A DNA stretch of 64,000 nucleotides from Vicugna vicugna. Lineage: Eukaryota. Below are positions 1-12,659 of this stretch, in pieces (the first letter of the stretch is position 1; every line of letters begins with the position of its first letter). The stretch lies in contig MU062839.1 of assembly GCA_013265495.1 (NCBI GenBank), positions 11,322,210 to 11,386,209 on the forward strand, in the 5' to 3' direction. The translations under genes and the position numbers were made by a program. The notes under the pieces were generated by a model. The model did no database searches. It saw nothing but the letters and a program-made list of their open reading frames with translations, and was not told the origin of the DNA.

Positions 1-3000
1 TTCTTAGTTGACTCACAGCCTCTCCATGGGTATCTGGTGCACCAGCTCTCCACCTTGACAATGAATGGATTCCAACATGTGATCCAAGAGGTGAGAGTGT
101 GTCTCACCTCTCGCTGACCTGAATCACCCCAGCCCGGGTCAATTTCTAAGCATTCCACTGCATTGTTGAAAAACCAGACTTGCATTGGTTTGCTCCATGG
201 CAGCACTGCCTCTTGGGAGAAATGCAGGGGAATAGTAATGTCAGTGTTACTGAGAGGACCCTACTGCTCCTATTGTATATTCACACTCAATAAAAGGCAC
301 ATTTATTGCAAAGAAGCCCGTCTAGAATTCCATCAGTTGTTACTGATTATTGCTCTTATAAAGGATTATGTATTTTAAAATTCATTTAATGTAAACTCTC
401 TTAATTAGGACTTTATTGAAATTCAGATAGGAACTAAGAATATTTTAAAGAAAGCACTTGCTGAAAAATTCATGGGATAAATGTGGCTATAAAAAGAATA
501 TTAAAAGTCTGTAAGAAAAATGCCTTTTCTGAGAACCCCAACTCTTACTGAAACAGACTAATACTTTTCTCTACTGAATTGAGCAGCACTCTTGAGGAAT
601 TCCATTAAGTTACATTTTGTTGGCTGAAACTGAGTCACACAAATAATAAAAATGCATTGCCTTTAAAAAAAATACCCTATAGTTAGAATAATCACTAATT
701 CAAACTGATTTTTCTTATAACTGGTCTGAGTTAGTGAAGCTTTTATGGTATTACTAACCACCAATTTAATATAAAGTGATGTAAAATTACTTCATATAGT
801 CCTTTAGTAATACCATAGTTGAGAATAGCAGACCAGTAGGAAACAAACTTTTTGCTTAGGGGATTTACAGATTTCTCCTCTTGTGTATGAAGGAAACTCT
901 GCTTTCCCCCCTTTTTTTTTCAGTTGATGACTTGTCACCTTGCCTTTTTTATCATTGAGGAAAATGAAACATAGACAAACATATAACTCAAACGCAGCTC
1001 TGAAACCGAATAAGGTAGCAACCTACTATTAAATGTAGAGCAGACTAAACACTTTTTAAAAGAAGAATCAGGTTTCATGCTTTAGCTTTGTGCTTGTCAG
1101 TTAGGCTTTGGAAAACCGTACTTGCTGGAGCTGAAGCACTTGATGTTAGGCAGACGATGGATGGATTGGAAAACTTAGTGAGTTGCTTTTTTTCCCTAAT
1201 AGTTCTAGCCATGTACTTGTGGTCCTTCCCAGATGTAATGTGATGCAGGATTTCCTGTCCTATAAGTGATGGGTGAAATCCTAACTGAGAATGCCGAGTT
1301 TGTGGCCCTCCTCCGGACAGATGCACAAGTAGGGCCTCTGCACCACAAATGTCCTCTACATAGCTATTTACAGAGGCAATGATTCTATGAAAAGGTGCTC
1401 CTGTTTTCAAGAAACAGACTCACCACTCCAGGAAGTGAACCAGATATTGAAATATGACAAACTTTACAAAGGATATTTTATCCCTTTTGGTGCAAATCTT
1501 TCTCGACTGATTGCTAAAGACATCCCCAAGACATGAGACAGGAGTAGGAGAGGGGGTAAGACTGCTTACTTGCACTGGCCCCAGGTGTCTGCATCTCCTG
1601 GGAACCTGGTGTGCTCTTTGCAGACTCTCTGCGAGAACGTAATGTGCAGGTGTTTCTGCAGCTGATTTATGAAAATAATAACAACAAAATATGTTGCAGC
1701 AGAAAGCTATCAACTTTTAGTTTAATTTGAGAGTTGAGGTTATCTCCTTCTCTCATTCAGATGACCCTCACTGGAGTGGAAGCACTGATAGAAAGGGGAG
1801 CAGAAGTCCTTAAATCATCATCTCAGCTCTGAGTTCCCATTGGAATCAGTTCCTGTAAGTCCCTGGAGTGTGGCCTGTCACTACTGAACACACCTTAGAT
1901 ATTATCCACGAGCAGAGCATCGGCCACTATTATTCAGGACTTAGAAATTGCTGCTGCCATAGCTAACCGAAGCATGCTCTTGTTCTAAGTAAAGTGTAGT
2001 TTACAAGAATTTTAATTTATGGCCAGGGATATCACCCACTTACTTCAGCTCTAATTTCAGCTGAAACAGTTATTTGACAAGGCATTCATGTGCCCGAGAA
2101 ACCCTGCCTCTTTTTATTTAAGCTGCGGATAGATTTAGCTGTCCCCCTTTTGAAGATTTGCACATTTCCTGGCTTATTGGGAACTGGTACCATGTGGGAT
2201 CAAAGATGACTAGAGACCCTGTATTAATTCTAATAAATGTTAAAACAAAAGTTAAGCCCCATTTTCTGGTTCCTGTTGTAACTGGAAAGAATAGCTCATT
2301 CACAAGATGAAAATGAATTAAATATTAGGAACAGCATGCCTTATATATTCCAAATGTGGATATAGATAACTGTTTGCTTTCCCCTCACTCTATCATGCAG
2401 AAAAGAAAGTCACATTTGGTAACAACTCTGGGACCCTTCTTCTGGGTCTTCTGCTCTGGGGACGGGAGGGAACTAGCTGTCTCTACTGCCCATGGCTCCC
2501 CTTGTTCCGTAGCTCTGTTTCCCTAGTGCTCAGAGAGGCTCATCATGCTGGTTGGTGCCGCGACTCTCCTCGCGCCATGCTCCTCCAGCCTCCTTGCTGA
2601 TGGCCGGGGGCGAATGCTGGTATCTGGGAATGATTTTGCTTTAGAGGAGACAGAAACCATCTCTCAACTTTGCTTGGGGCTTGGGCCCCCAAATGCCAAC
2701 CTGAATTCAATTTCATGGACCATCTCATGAACTTGTCTCAAAGTTCAGGAGTCTTACGGAGCCTCTAGGATTACCGTTCTCTCTATCCGGAACCAAGGCT
2801 CTCAACTTGTAAATCTCCAACAAAGAAGCATAAAGGAATAAAAGGAAAATTAAAACCTGGCAAACCAAGTTCCCATTGATGACAAGTGGTCTAATATTTC
2901 AGTTCTGTTATATGGTGTGTTCTCAGGGTTTTTTTAGTCGCAGAAATGTTCCTGCAATGTAGTGAAGAGTCTGTAAGATTGTAATAGTAGTTCTGTTGTG

Positions 3001-3099
3001 TGAGGGATATAAATGATTCCAAGATATTTCAGAAGAATTGAAGAATGTTAGGATTGTCAATTACTAATAAAATTATGTGACTCAATTTCTAAATGGTGG

Positions 3100-3245
3100 T
3101 CCAAGGCGAGTTTTAGTTTCCTCATAAGTAAAATGGAGAAAATAATTTTTACCTAATGTGGTTTGTGTGAAAATTAAAGAGGTGATGCATACAAGGCACT
3201 TAGCACCACGCCTGGCATGGAATAAGCACCCAACAAATGGAAGAA
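3100..3245 (+). mobile_element. MIR SINE relic
   Basis: Core tttcctcataagtaaaatggagaaaataa and tail gcacttagcaccacgcctggcatggaataagcacccaacaaatg. Confidence 0.8.
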
Positions 3246-3704
3246 TGTATACACAGGTGCACTCATGGGTGCACACACACACACACCCCTTTTATTTCCA
3301 CTCTCAGGTCTGGTCTATTTACACCTTCTGTTCATAAAACTCCTTTATCTATATATCTGGCTATTACCTCTGGCTTACTTTCTGGTGTCTAACCAGCTGT
3401 TACTGGTGCTCCCATTCAACTGTCCTTTATGTGGTCATATGTTTCTTTGACCTATTAACAGTGACTTTTGAAGTGAACTTTGTTATGATGGTGATTTTAG
3501 GATTCACAGAATCATGTAACTGTAGAACTTTATTTGAAAGATAATGAACATGCAGTCCAGAGAATGTAGGTAATTTCTCCCAAATCACACAATTTTCAAA
3601 TCTAGATTTCTGGGTTGCCAATGTCATCTTTTACGCGTACCCCAGAGACATGGGATTTAGATTGAGAAGGGATTATTTCTGAAGGTAAGAGAGGACTTAA
3701 GTGA

Positions 3705-3838
3705 TAAGATGGTTACAAATTGTATGACCTTGTGCAAAGTACTGAACTTATTTCTCCACTTGTGAGATCCTATTCTAGACGATGTGGGTGAAAATGTTTG
3801 TAAATTGTAAACTGCAAAATGCTGCATAAATACTAATT
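3705..3838 (+). mobile_element. MIR3/MIRc-like relic
   Basis: tgtatgaccttgtgcaaagtactgaac... and tail gtgaaaatgtttgtaaattgtaaactg. Confidence 0.55.
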
Positions 3839-4524
3839 TTATATTTTATACCAAACAACACTGTGTGGTATTTTTAACTGTTATAGGTATATATTGGATA
3901 CATAGGCATATATGTAGATCTCAGTAAATTAATTAATGTTCTAATAAAACCACTTTCAGTAAAACCCAATTCTTTGCATATCTTTTATCTGTGATGTCCA
4001 CTTTATGATCATCTGTGGTAGGCTCTCTTCGTACTGCAAAGAGAGCTCAGTATCTTGGAGATCAGGCTAGGAATAGGGAAGAATGCTGATCGGTGTTTTG
4101 TGGCATTAGACTCCAAATCAACCATTTGGGTGCGTAACAGGTAGGAAAGCCCTGCACCCATAGGGTATCAAGAGGCATCGCCTTGGAAGGGCTGGTTAAA
4201 TGGGGACAGTAAGTCATTTTCAGCTTCATGGATATTAAAATAGTCTTTGAATCTCAATGGATAATTTACTGGGATTAACTACTCTCCTTATGACTTAGAA
4301 AAATAAATAGGATTCTAGTTTCTTGTCATACAGGCATTTATAAAGAGAGTGCTGAAACAGCAAATTCATTTCAACCTGAGGGCCCTCTGCAGTTGATTGG
4401 TGGTGATGGCTTAGAGGACTGTGCAGAGATTTCAGACAGAGTGCAGGTCACTCTGGACAAGGGCCGTCATCCATCTAGCAGTGTGTGCCGCAGGCTCCAG
4501 TGGCAATAATGCACGTCCACCGTG

Positions 4525-4900
4525 GAAATAGCATCGAGCCTTTGGCTCTAATCCTGGTGTTGCCACATGTACCTGGGAGACCTTGAACAAGACCCATCAT
4601 CACTCAGAGCTTCAGTTTTCTTTACTTGCAAAATAATTAGCATGGCCAGACTTCCTTACTGGGAAGTGGTCCTCTCCGTTTTTGTTTGTTTTTTAAATTA
4701 ATCTGTTTCTGAGAAAAGGGCGGTTTACCCACTTTTATTCATGTCCACTTAAGTACACCTTTACCAGGGAAGATGACTGTCTTTACTAATGACGAAGATG
4801 TAATTCTACCCTGCTTACCATATAGGATCTTGTGAGAACTAGATTCTGGAGAATGTGTATGAAAGTATTTTATAAACTGCAAATGCTGCATAAATATTAA
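4525..4900 (+). mobile_element. MIR relic split by an ~150 bp unrelated segment
   Basis: 5' part ctctaatcctggtgttgccacatg...accttgaacaag...cttcagttttc (4525-4645) and 3' part ataggatcttgtgagaac...gaaagtattttataaactg (4795-4900). Confidence 0.55.
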
Positions 4901-5626
4901 GCCACAAATAGTGGCTTCAGATCCTCCAGTTTTCTAAGTAGTAAGCTCTCCAGATCGTCAAGAATATGAAAGAAATTCTATTCCTTTTAAAGAGTATTCT
5001 CAGAACATTCTTTTGGCTATAGCAAAGGAAAATTAAATTAATAATTATATATTTAAGGGATGGAAGCTGAATGTGTTTGACTTGGAACCTTTCATCATCC
5101 TTCTGTGACTCTCAAAATGAAAGAATTGTTCAATTTTTATTCTCCATTAAGAAAAACAAATCAAATGCTTGTTTTTCCTTTTCTGTTTGATACACAAATT
5201 TGCAAAACCTTTTTTCCTCCCAGCCCTCCCAGTCCTCTAAAATCAGGCTTAACATTGACTTTTTTTTAACTTTCTTTTAGCTAAATCATTTTTTTCTAGT
5301 TAAAAAAGCTATTCCACATGTTGCAATGTGTATTCAAATAATACGGACCCCAGAAAGTTGACGGTGGGATTTCCTCGCCTGAAGTTGTCCTGAAGGAGGT
5401 TTGGGAAGCCCTCACATATGCTTTCTAAACATCGTTATTCCTCCTTCAGGGGTTAGGGTTTTATTTTCTTCCATGTTATCATTTTATTGAAAGGGCTGGA
5501 AGATTATGAATGGCCAGTTGGCATCGTAATTAAGGTGAGGGGAAGGAATTTGTGAATTTAGCTCGTGCTTGCCACAGGCTTTGGAGGAAAAGATCCCATG
5601 TATGATCACTTGGTCTCTGTTTTCAG

Positions 5627-5748
5627 ATCAGACTCCGACCCCAACAAGATTCCTGAAGAACTGCGAGGAAGTGGGGCTCTTCAATGAGCTGGACTGCTCC
5701 CTTGAACATGAGTTCAGGAAGGCTCAGGAGGAGGAGAGCAGCAAGCGG
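5627..5748 (+). CDS. CREB5: CREB5 internal coding exon (equivalent to human exon 4), encoding the MAPK phosphoswitch TPTP region
   Basis: Acceptor tctctgttttcag|AT, donor CGG|gtaggt. 122 nt, phase 1 start and phase 0 end. Translates to (D)QTPTPTRFLKNCEEVGLFNELDCSLEHEFRKAQEEESSKR. The DCSLEHEFRKAQEEESSKR ending matches CREB5 as recalled, not ATF2 (ASPFENEFKK) or ATF7 (ASSFEHEFKK). Confidence 0.96.
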
Positions 5749-8700
5749 GTAGGTTCACTCAGACGGACGCCTGGACAGGTGCCTCCTCTAACACCTGCGT
5801 GGGAACTAGGTGGCACCGCAGATTGTGCCAGTGTGGTCCTAACACAGCATTTTATCCATTTACAAGTGTGTGATGGTTTTCAAAACATCTATGAATCCCT
5901 GATTGTGGTAGAATCCAAAGCTAGAAAAATCATGGGAAAAACAGAGATCTGAAATATGAAATTCAAGCCAAAAAAAGGTTACTTGATTCTTGAACCTGAG
6001 TCAGATAAACTGAGAATTTTTCTATTCAAAACTAGTTGTTTTACTTTGCTAAATATTGAATAGCAAAGCCTTACGTGGGTGGTGAGGGCAGAAGACAAGG
6101 GTCAAAAGGGCTAAGATGACAAGTGGACAGTCGTAACAGTAGGAGAGAGGATTTCATCTGATTTGGTCCCAGGTTGTAACTGTCTGATTTCCTTAATCTT
6201 CCCAGTATGTTTCCACCAAATTTATAATTCCTTCCTCGTCATATTATTGAACATCTGTTGTTGATGAAACAAATAGGTTCACTTTAAGTATGGATTATTT
6301 GTTCTTATTAATGTAGAAAACCCACTTTATGGATGTCTCCAGAATATAGTCAGTTCTTATTGTAATGTTGTGCTGGCATTTAAAAATCACTTTACCAGAT
6401 TAAGGAAAGGAAACAGGGTCACAAGTAAATATGATCATGACATTTTTTAGTATTTTTTTATTGTTTTGATAGACCATTACTGAATGCCCACAATGTACTA
6501 AACAACACATTAGATACATTCCATGGCTAGAGACTTAAACCAGGAAAGTTAAAGGAAGCACCACCAGCTCCGTTGTAATGGATTCTAAAGTTCCAGCTGT
6601 TCCATCCGGAGAAGAATTTTAAAAGGCTCCGCTATTTCTCTGAAGTGTTTCAAAACCTTTGAATCCTACTCTATGTGAAATTATAATAATCCCCTTTCCC
6701 CAGATTTTTCTTGTCACATCCTCACATCAAAATAGCCAAGGGTTTGTATTCCGTCTGTACTGCTTTAGGAAAAATCCTGAAAGTGGGGGAAAGTTACAAG
6801 AGGAGTATAAAATCTCAATCAACATTTTTTATTTATAATTGGTCATTCATACATGATGCCCATCCCCTGACTCCATCCCCCAATGATACGAAGGGCCTTT
6901 TTTCTTTTTTAAAACAAACATTTATTTAGCACTTATTTGCCAGACACTGTTCTGAGCACTTAAAATTTTTAACTAAATAAAAACAGAAGGTGTACATTCT
7001 ATATTTCATGGCAGTAGAAATAGATTGAAAAAAAAAAAGCCATGGAAATAGCAAGGGAGAGAGGAACCAAAAAGTCTAGTAAATTTCCTCTGGTTGAGCA
7101 GTAAGTTTTCTCCTGATGCAGCATGTGTAGACAACTGAGGGGTTAAGTTCATTCATTCCTCCAGATAGTCAAGGTTGGCTTCATAGATTAAACTGAACTA
7201 TAAGAAAGGTCTGTACCTGGTCCATATTGTCTTCATTTCTGATAGGATGATTTTAACCGAAGTGTATGCCCTTGATTTTCCTGAAGGCATTTACCAAGAA
7301 CAGCTTTAGGAAGCCCACGGTCGGGGTGTGGTTTTAGATCTTCTCCTTTACAGAGCACTCATGATCTCGTCTATGCAGCCCCACGGGGGGGAATTCTTGC
7401 AGATCTGAATTCCAGGAAATAGTTTGCTTCCCCTGAGGAACTGAAATATTTTCTCCTCGTGGATATGAGAATCCTGTAACCGGTTCTGTTTCTCTTTTCG
7501 CTTTGACTGCTTGGTTCACATGAAACCAAGTTGACTGCTTAATGTTGAGAACTTTTTAGAACTCTGTAATGAGCATTTTACTTCCCCCACTGACTAGACT
7601 TTCAGTTCTAGTTTATATTTCCTCTGGTCCCAATTTTTAATTAAAAAAAAAAATTTCATGCTGTGCATGTTTTGAGTTGCTTTTGATTCCTTTTGAGTTG
7701 AGAAGAGTATAAATAATTAAACGTAAAAAATGAAAATAATTAGGCAAGCCAAGTGGAGGAGGACGATTGTAGAAATAAGGCATTTTTTTCTCTTTCAAGT
7801 GTTGCTCTTAGTCATGTGATGATTTTATGATGGGTACGTGGGTGTGGGATCCTACAGCTAGCTTCCCTCATGGTTTAGGGGCAGGCCCCTCCAGAGACCA
7901 CTGTCTTACACCCCAACTTCACTTGCACGCACGAGAAGCTGGATACTGTTCAGACTGTTGAGGTGTATCCTCTTCCATTGCCTCTTTCACACCAGAGGCC
8001 CAAATCCAGCTCGGTGGCCACGGCTACCCAAGAGGGCACCTTCTTGAGGCCTAACACATGGTGACTTATCCAGCGGCCAAATGGGCTATGTTGGTGGCTT
8101 CTGCCCTAGCATTTCTTTGGAAGCCCCGAGGTGGGGAGGTGGGGAGGTGGGGAGTTAAGGAGAGGAGATGTTTTCCAATCTGCCAGCACTTCTACTCAGT
8201 CCATTTGATCACATTTCTCCAGCTCCCAACATCCCTGGCACACTGCCACCCGCAGCTCCTGCTTCATTTCTTTGTCCCCACTTGAAAAGTAGGAATACAA
8301 ATTCTTTATTCAGTGCATACCTGGTCTCCACTGAGTTCTGTCTTCTTCTTCTTCCCTTGTTGCTGCACAATCAGGTAACTATTTCTTTTTAATTCTATGC
8401 TCCAACTCTCTTCTAATTTCTTTTCCTCTGAGTTTTTTAGCAAAAGTCTTGCGTTAGTTCTCTCAGCACGTTTTAGTAAAGCGGGAGATGGATTAGTTTA
8501 ACTGGAGAATTTGGTATAAAAAGGTTCTTAACTGAACTTTCTATATACTTTATACAAAAATATTAGAAAGACTAGTCTGGCCCTTCCCTCCACTTTTAAA
8601 TTTCTTGCTGAAGGTTGGCATAGAAAATCCTATTAAAGAGCAAATAGAGAATTGATCCTTGGTTAGGCCATGTGGCTGTCTGTTGGGGAAAATTCTACAG

Positions 8701-9014
8701 ACTGTCTCTAATCCTGACACCCTTTCCCAAAAGCATCCCAATAGAATGAGGACAGGCTAGAGGTAGGTCATGACCAATAGAAAAAGCCCCAATGTCTGTA
8801 TCCACAGCATATATATCAAACAACACATTCCATAATTGCCTCAGTCTTCCACTTCAGCATGAACTCATAGATTCAAAACTCTTTAAAAAGCTTTCCAGCT
8901 CCCCCCACCCCCAGGAAAGGCATCCCTCACTGGCAACATCACAAATTTCATCTTGCCTGTGGCTTAGAAGTCAGGCCAGCACATGTGGTGAAATAGATGA
9001 GAAGTTCTTGTTTA

Positions 9015-10050
9015 TCATTTATTCACACAAAAAATATTTTTGAGGGCCCACCACGTACCAGGCACTGTCCAAGGCATTGGTGAATGTACCATGGACTAAT
9101 GTTGATTAATAAATCAAAAACAAAACTCTGCCTTCGGGTAGCTTGCAAACGAGGGCAAGACAAACAGGAAGCAAATAAAAGCAATAGGATGTATAACATG
9201 TCAGAAGGTGATAAGAGCTATAGAGAAGAATACAGCAGGGAAGGGGCACAGGGAGTGCTGGGGATGGTCGGAGGGCATCACTGGTATGCAGGCATGCAGC
9301 AGAGACCTGGATAAGGAGAAAGCTCGAACCTGGTGCGTACTGGGCATAAAAGTGGAGAGAGCAGTAGTGCAAAGCCCTGAGACTGGAGGGTGCTCTGTGG
9401 GCTGGAGGAGCTGCAAGGGGAGTGTATGTAGTGACGCTAAAGAGTGGGCATGGGAGGTCACATCCAGGAAGACCTTGCAGACTTTGGCTTTTACTCTGAG
9501 TGAGATGGGGAACCATTGGACAGTTGTAAGCAGAGATGTGATAGGATCTGACTTATATATTAGAAGATCACTTTGGCTGTCGAGTTGAAAGTAAACTGTT
9601 GGAGGTAAATAACAAAGAGAGACCAGGTAGGAGGGTATTTAAAGAATCTAGATTGAAGATGATGGCAGATTGGTCCAAGGTACAGCTAGAAGGGGTAGTT
9701 AGATTCTGGATCTAATTTGAAGATAAAGCTAACAGAAATTGTTGATGGATGGATCTGGGGAGTGATAGAAAGAGTGGAATTAAGGATGAGTCTAGGTCTT
9801 TGGCCTAAGCAACTAGAAGGATGGAGTTGCCTATAGAAGGAGCAGGTTTGAGGGGGAAATTGAGATTATTTGCAGACTTGTTTAGTGGAGATACTGAACT
9901 GGCAGATGGATATATAGGTCTTTAATTCAGGACCCATCCAAAGATGTGAATTGGGGAGTCACTGGCGTACAGGTGCTGTTTAAATACTGTGCTTGATGGA
10001 ATCACCTGGGCCAGGAGTGAATGGCGATGAGGTAGAGAAGAGGTCTGAGC
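9015..10050 (-). mobile_element. LINE-2 3' relic
   Basis: Typical antisense L2 text: tatttttgagggcccaccacgtaccaggcactgtccaaggcattgg...ttggcttttactctgagtgagatggggaaccattggacag...gatgtgaattggggagtcactggcgtacaggtg. Confidence 0.85.
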
Positions 10051-12659
10051 AGGGAACTTGGCAGAGTCCTCCAGATTGTCCAAGGCAGGCTCTTCAACTC
10101 TTCACAGTGGCCAGAGATGACACAGAAGACCATGAGGCATGAAGAATCAAGTCAAGTATGGGAACCCTAGCAGTAATGCTGAATGGACTCCAATAACTGG
10201 TGATCAGCATACTGATTTTGTGTTCCACGTTAGAGGAAAAAACAAAAGCCAAAAAGATTTTTTAAAAAAAAAGAAGAGGGTGAATTGACCTTTCATATTT
10301 GATATCATTTTTTGAAAAAAAAAATATCCAACAGTGCACATCTCGGAAGTGGGAGATAGCGTCATCATATGATAACAGTTGTGTGCATGTATATGTGTGT
10401 ATGTGTAGGACAGGAAGGAAAGTTGAAAGGCCTAGAAATGAAGTCCTTTGTCTTGCTGAGCGAAATATAACATCACAGCCTAATGTGGTTAAGGACCCTG
10501 AAGATGAAAAGTGCGATGTGTAAGTGCTAAGTGTTGTTATCCTCCCTTAGGACCTAAATCTGACTCATTATGCTGAGGCAGCAATAGCAAATTAGGGCAT
10601 TTCCATGCTCTAGAATTCCTACCCAAATGATGAAAAGTGCAGCTTATTCCCAGAGGGTGTTGACTGTTTAACTCATGGGAATGAGGGACAAGCTACAATC
10701 TTAAGATCTTGGATCCCAGCTCAGCAGGAGTCATGAAACAGGGCATGGCCAGGTCAGCCTCAGCTCAGAAAAGTCAGCTGCTGCATCTGATTAAATTCTG
10801 TTAAACCCGGCAATCATGTTACCGACACCACCAGTTACTTGGGGAGAGAGGGCACAGACAGGGAGGTGCTTTGCCTTCACATGGTCCTGCTCTATCAACG
10901 GCTAGCTGGCACGCTCCTCTCTGGGGAATGCATGAGTGGCACTGTGGGAAAATAAAAGATACCAAGTTACTTGCAACAGCTACATGCTTCCAATGATGTT
11001 AACGTGTTGCTTCCATGATATTTGTGTAATACAATCCCTCTCCTCCATCCTGCCCCAGAAGTCTGGAGGAAAAGAATATTCTGAAACCTAAACTTGGTTT
11101 TATTCAGGTTTTGAAAATGGCACCATGTTTGCTAACTCCTAGTAGATGAGACTGTTTTTGATCTTTTGGGATTTTTTTTTTTTTAATAAGTGTGGCTGAA
11201 AGAAAATACCCATTGGCAACATTCTGAGAGATGACAACCTATTTCTTCCCCCACTTCAATAACTGGAAAATCTAACCCTTATATCATAGGGATTCTCTTG
11301 TCCTCCCCTTCCCCATTTTAGCGCGCTATGAATGTAAAGCCCTTTCAGCTTTCTCCACGTAGGTTTCAATGGTGCCCTCAGCTTTGGTGGAATTCGAGAC
11401 TAGAAGAGAAGTTGACTTGGTCTTGGCATCCTACTCAGGGGAATGACTAAACCAGTGGATAAACGGGAAGCTATTTCATGAGTTTTAGTTCCCTGGGACT
11501 TAGGATTAATGAGCGCAAACTTAAGGGAGGTTTTTAAGAGTTGGTATCCACTTCCACATATGCCAGTGAATCATGGTGTGATGTCAGGCTCAGCCTCCAC
11601 TTTAAAATGGAGTGGGAGAGAGAAAAAAAAAAAAACTCACTGAGGTTTGGGACAGGTTTTTTGATGGAAAGTCAGGGTATCCTCAAAAGACATTGTCTAT
11701 TGCCTTGCAGAGTGAGCCCTTAAAGTCAAGTGTGTTTGATGTGGATAATGAGGAAGGGAAGGCCCACAGCTTGGAGGAATACTGACCAAGAGGGGCCCCA
11801 GGGCTTTGTACATCTCCTCCCTTGGACGGTTTGTATATTCACCTCATTTGAACTTTAATGGATGGAGCTTCACAACCTAACTTTCACATTAAAAGAAAAG
11901 CTTCTTATCTCTGGAGGCTGCGGATTTACTTTCTAATGCTACCTCATCTGGCAGTTCACGGCCCTCCCTTCAGCCAGGGTTAGGGGCCAAATTGAGAGGG
12001 GGTGAGGGTGGGGCTGTCTCTGCAGATGAATGTGTCTCAGCCCGTGAGTGTCGGGTTTTATTGTTCTCTGGGTTCAGTGTTAAGCATTTAAGTTTCTGTG
12101 TCATAGGTTTTATTTATATTTGCCATCACGTGACTTTTGTGCTGGCAAGATAGAGGTCTCTGCCTGAGGTCTTTCTGAGAAGCGATTACAAGGTTTTCAG
12201 AGGCTGAAGTTTGGGATAGAAAGGTTTGCTTTCATTCCGTGCTGTGAAGGGTGTTCTCCTGCGAGGCACTGATGTGTCCACTTGAAGCTGTGGAGGAGAA
12301 GAGCTTGGGAGGGTTGGAGCTTGTTAAAGGACAACATGAAGTTGGCCACAGGAAACTTGGCGTTGAGTGGGGAACCACTGTTTGTGTTGGAAATACTGCA
12401 GAATAAAATAGTTATTTTCTTGCACCAGTATGTCCTGTTCACTTGTGACTGGGTGTGGGAACAGTCAAAGTATTTATATACTCATGAAGCATACTCCAGA
12501 CCCACATCTGACATTTTGAACATGTTATTAATGATCATTTGATTTTGGTCACTCTGGTTAACGAGGAATAATAATAGCAGTACTGTGTACTTCATTTTAA
12601 ATACAGGAGAATAAACTCCAGAAGAGACAAAAAGAGTTGACAGGCACTCACTAAGGAGG

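Larger units (their letters stand above)
1..5626 (+). other. CREB5: CREB5 intron upstream of the exon (3' part)
   Basis: Ends in the acceptor AG at 5625-5626. No upstream CREB5 coding exon recognised within the window. Confidence 0.85.

Noticed and set aside
924-1014. Possible 91-nt exon (strong poly-T acceptor, donor AAG|GTAGCA)
   Set aside because: Weak donor, and its internal ATG frame ends in phase 0, out of frame with the phase-1 CREB5 exon.
1075-1410. 111-aa minus-strand ORF with protein-like composition
   Set aside because: No recognisable domain and no splice or promoter support; a BLASTP/Dfam search would be needed to revisit it.
5569-5952. 127-aa ORF as a stand-alone gene
   Set aside because: Only 5627-5748 is CREB5 exon; the flanks are intronic read-through.
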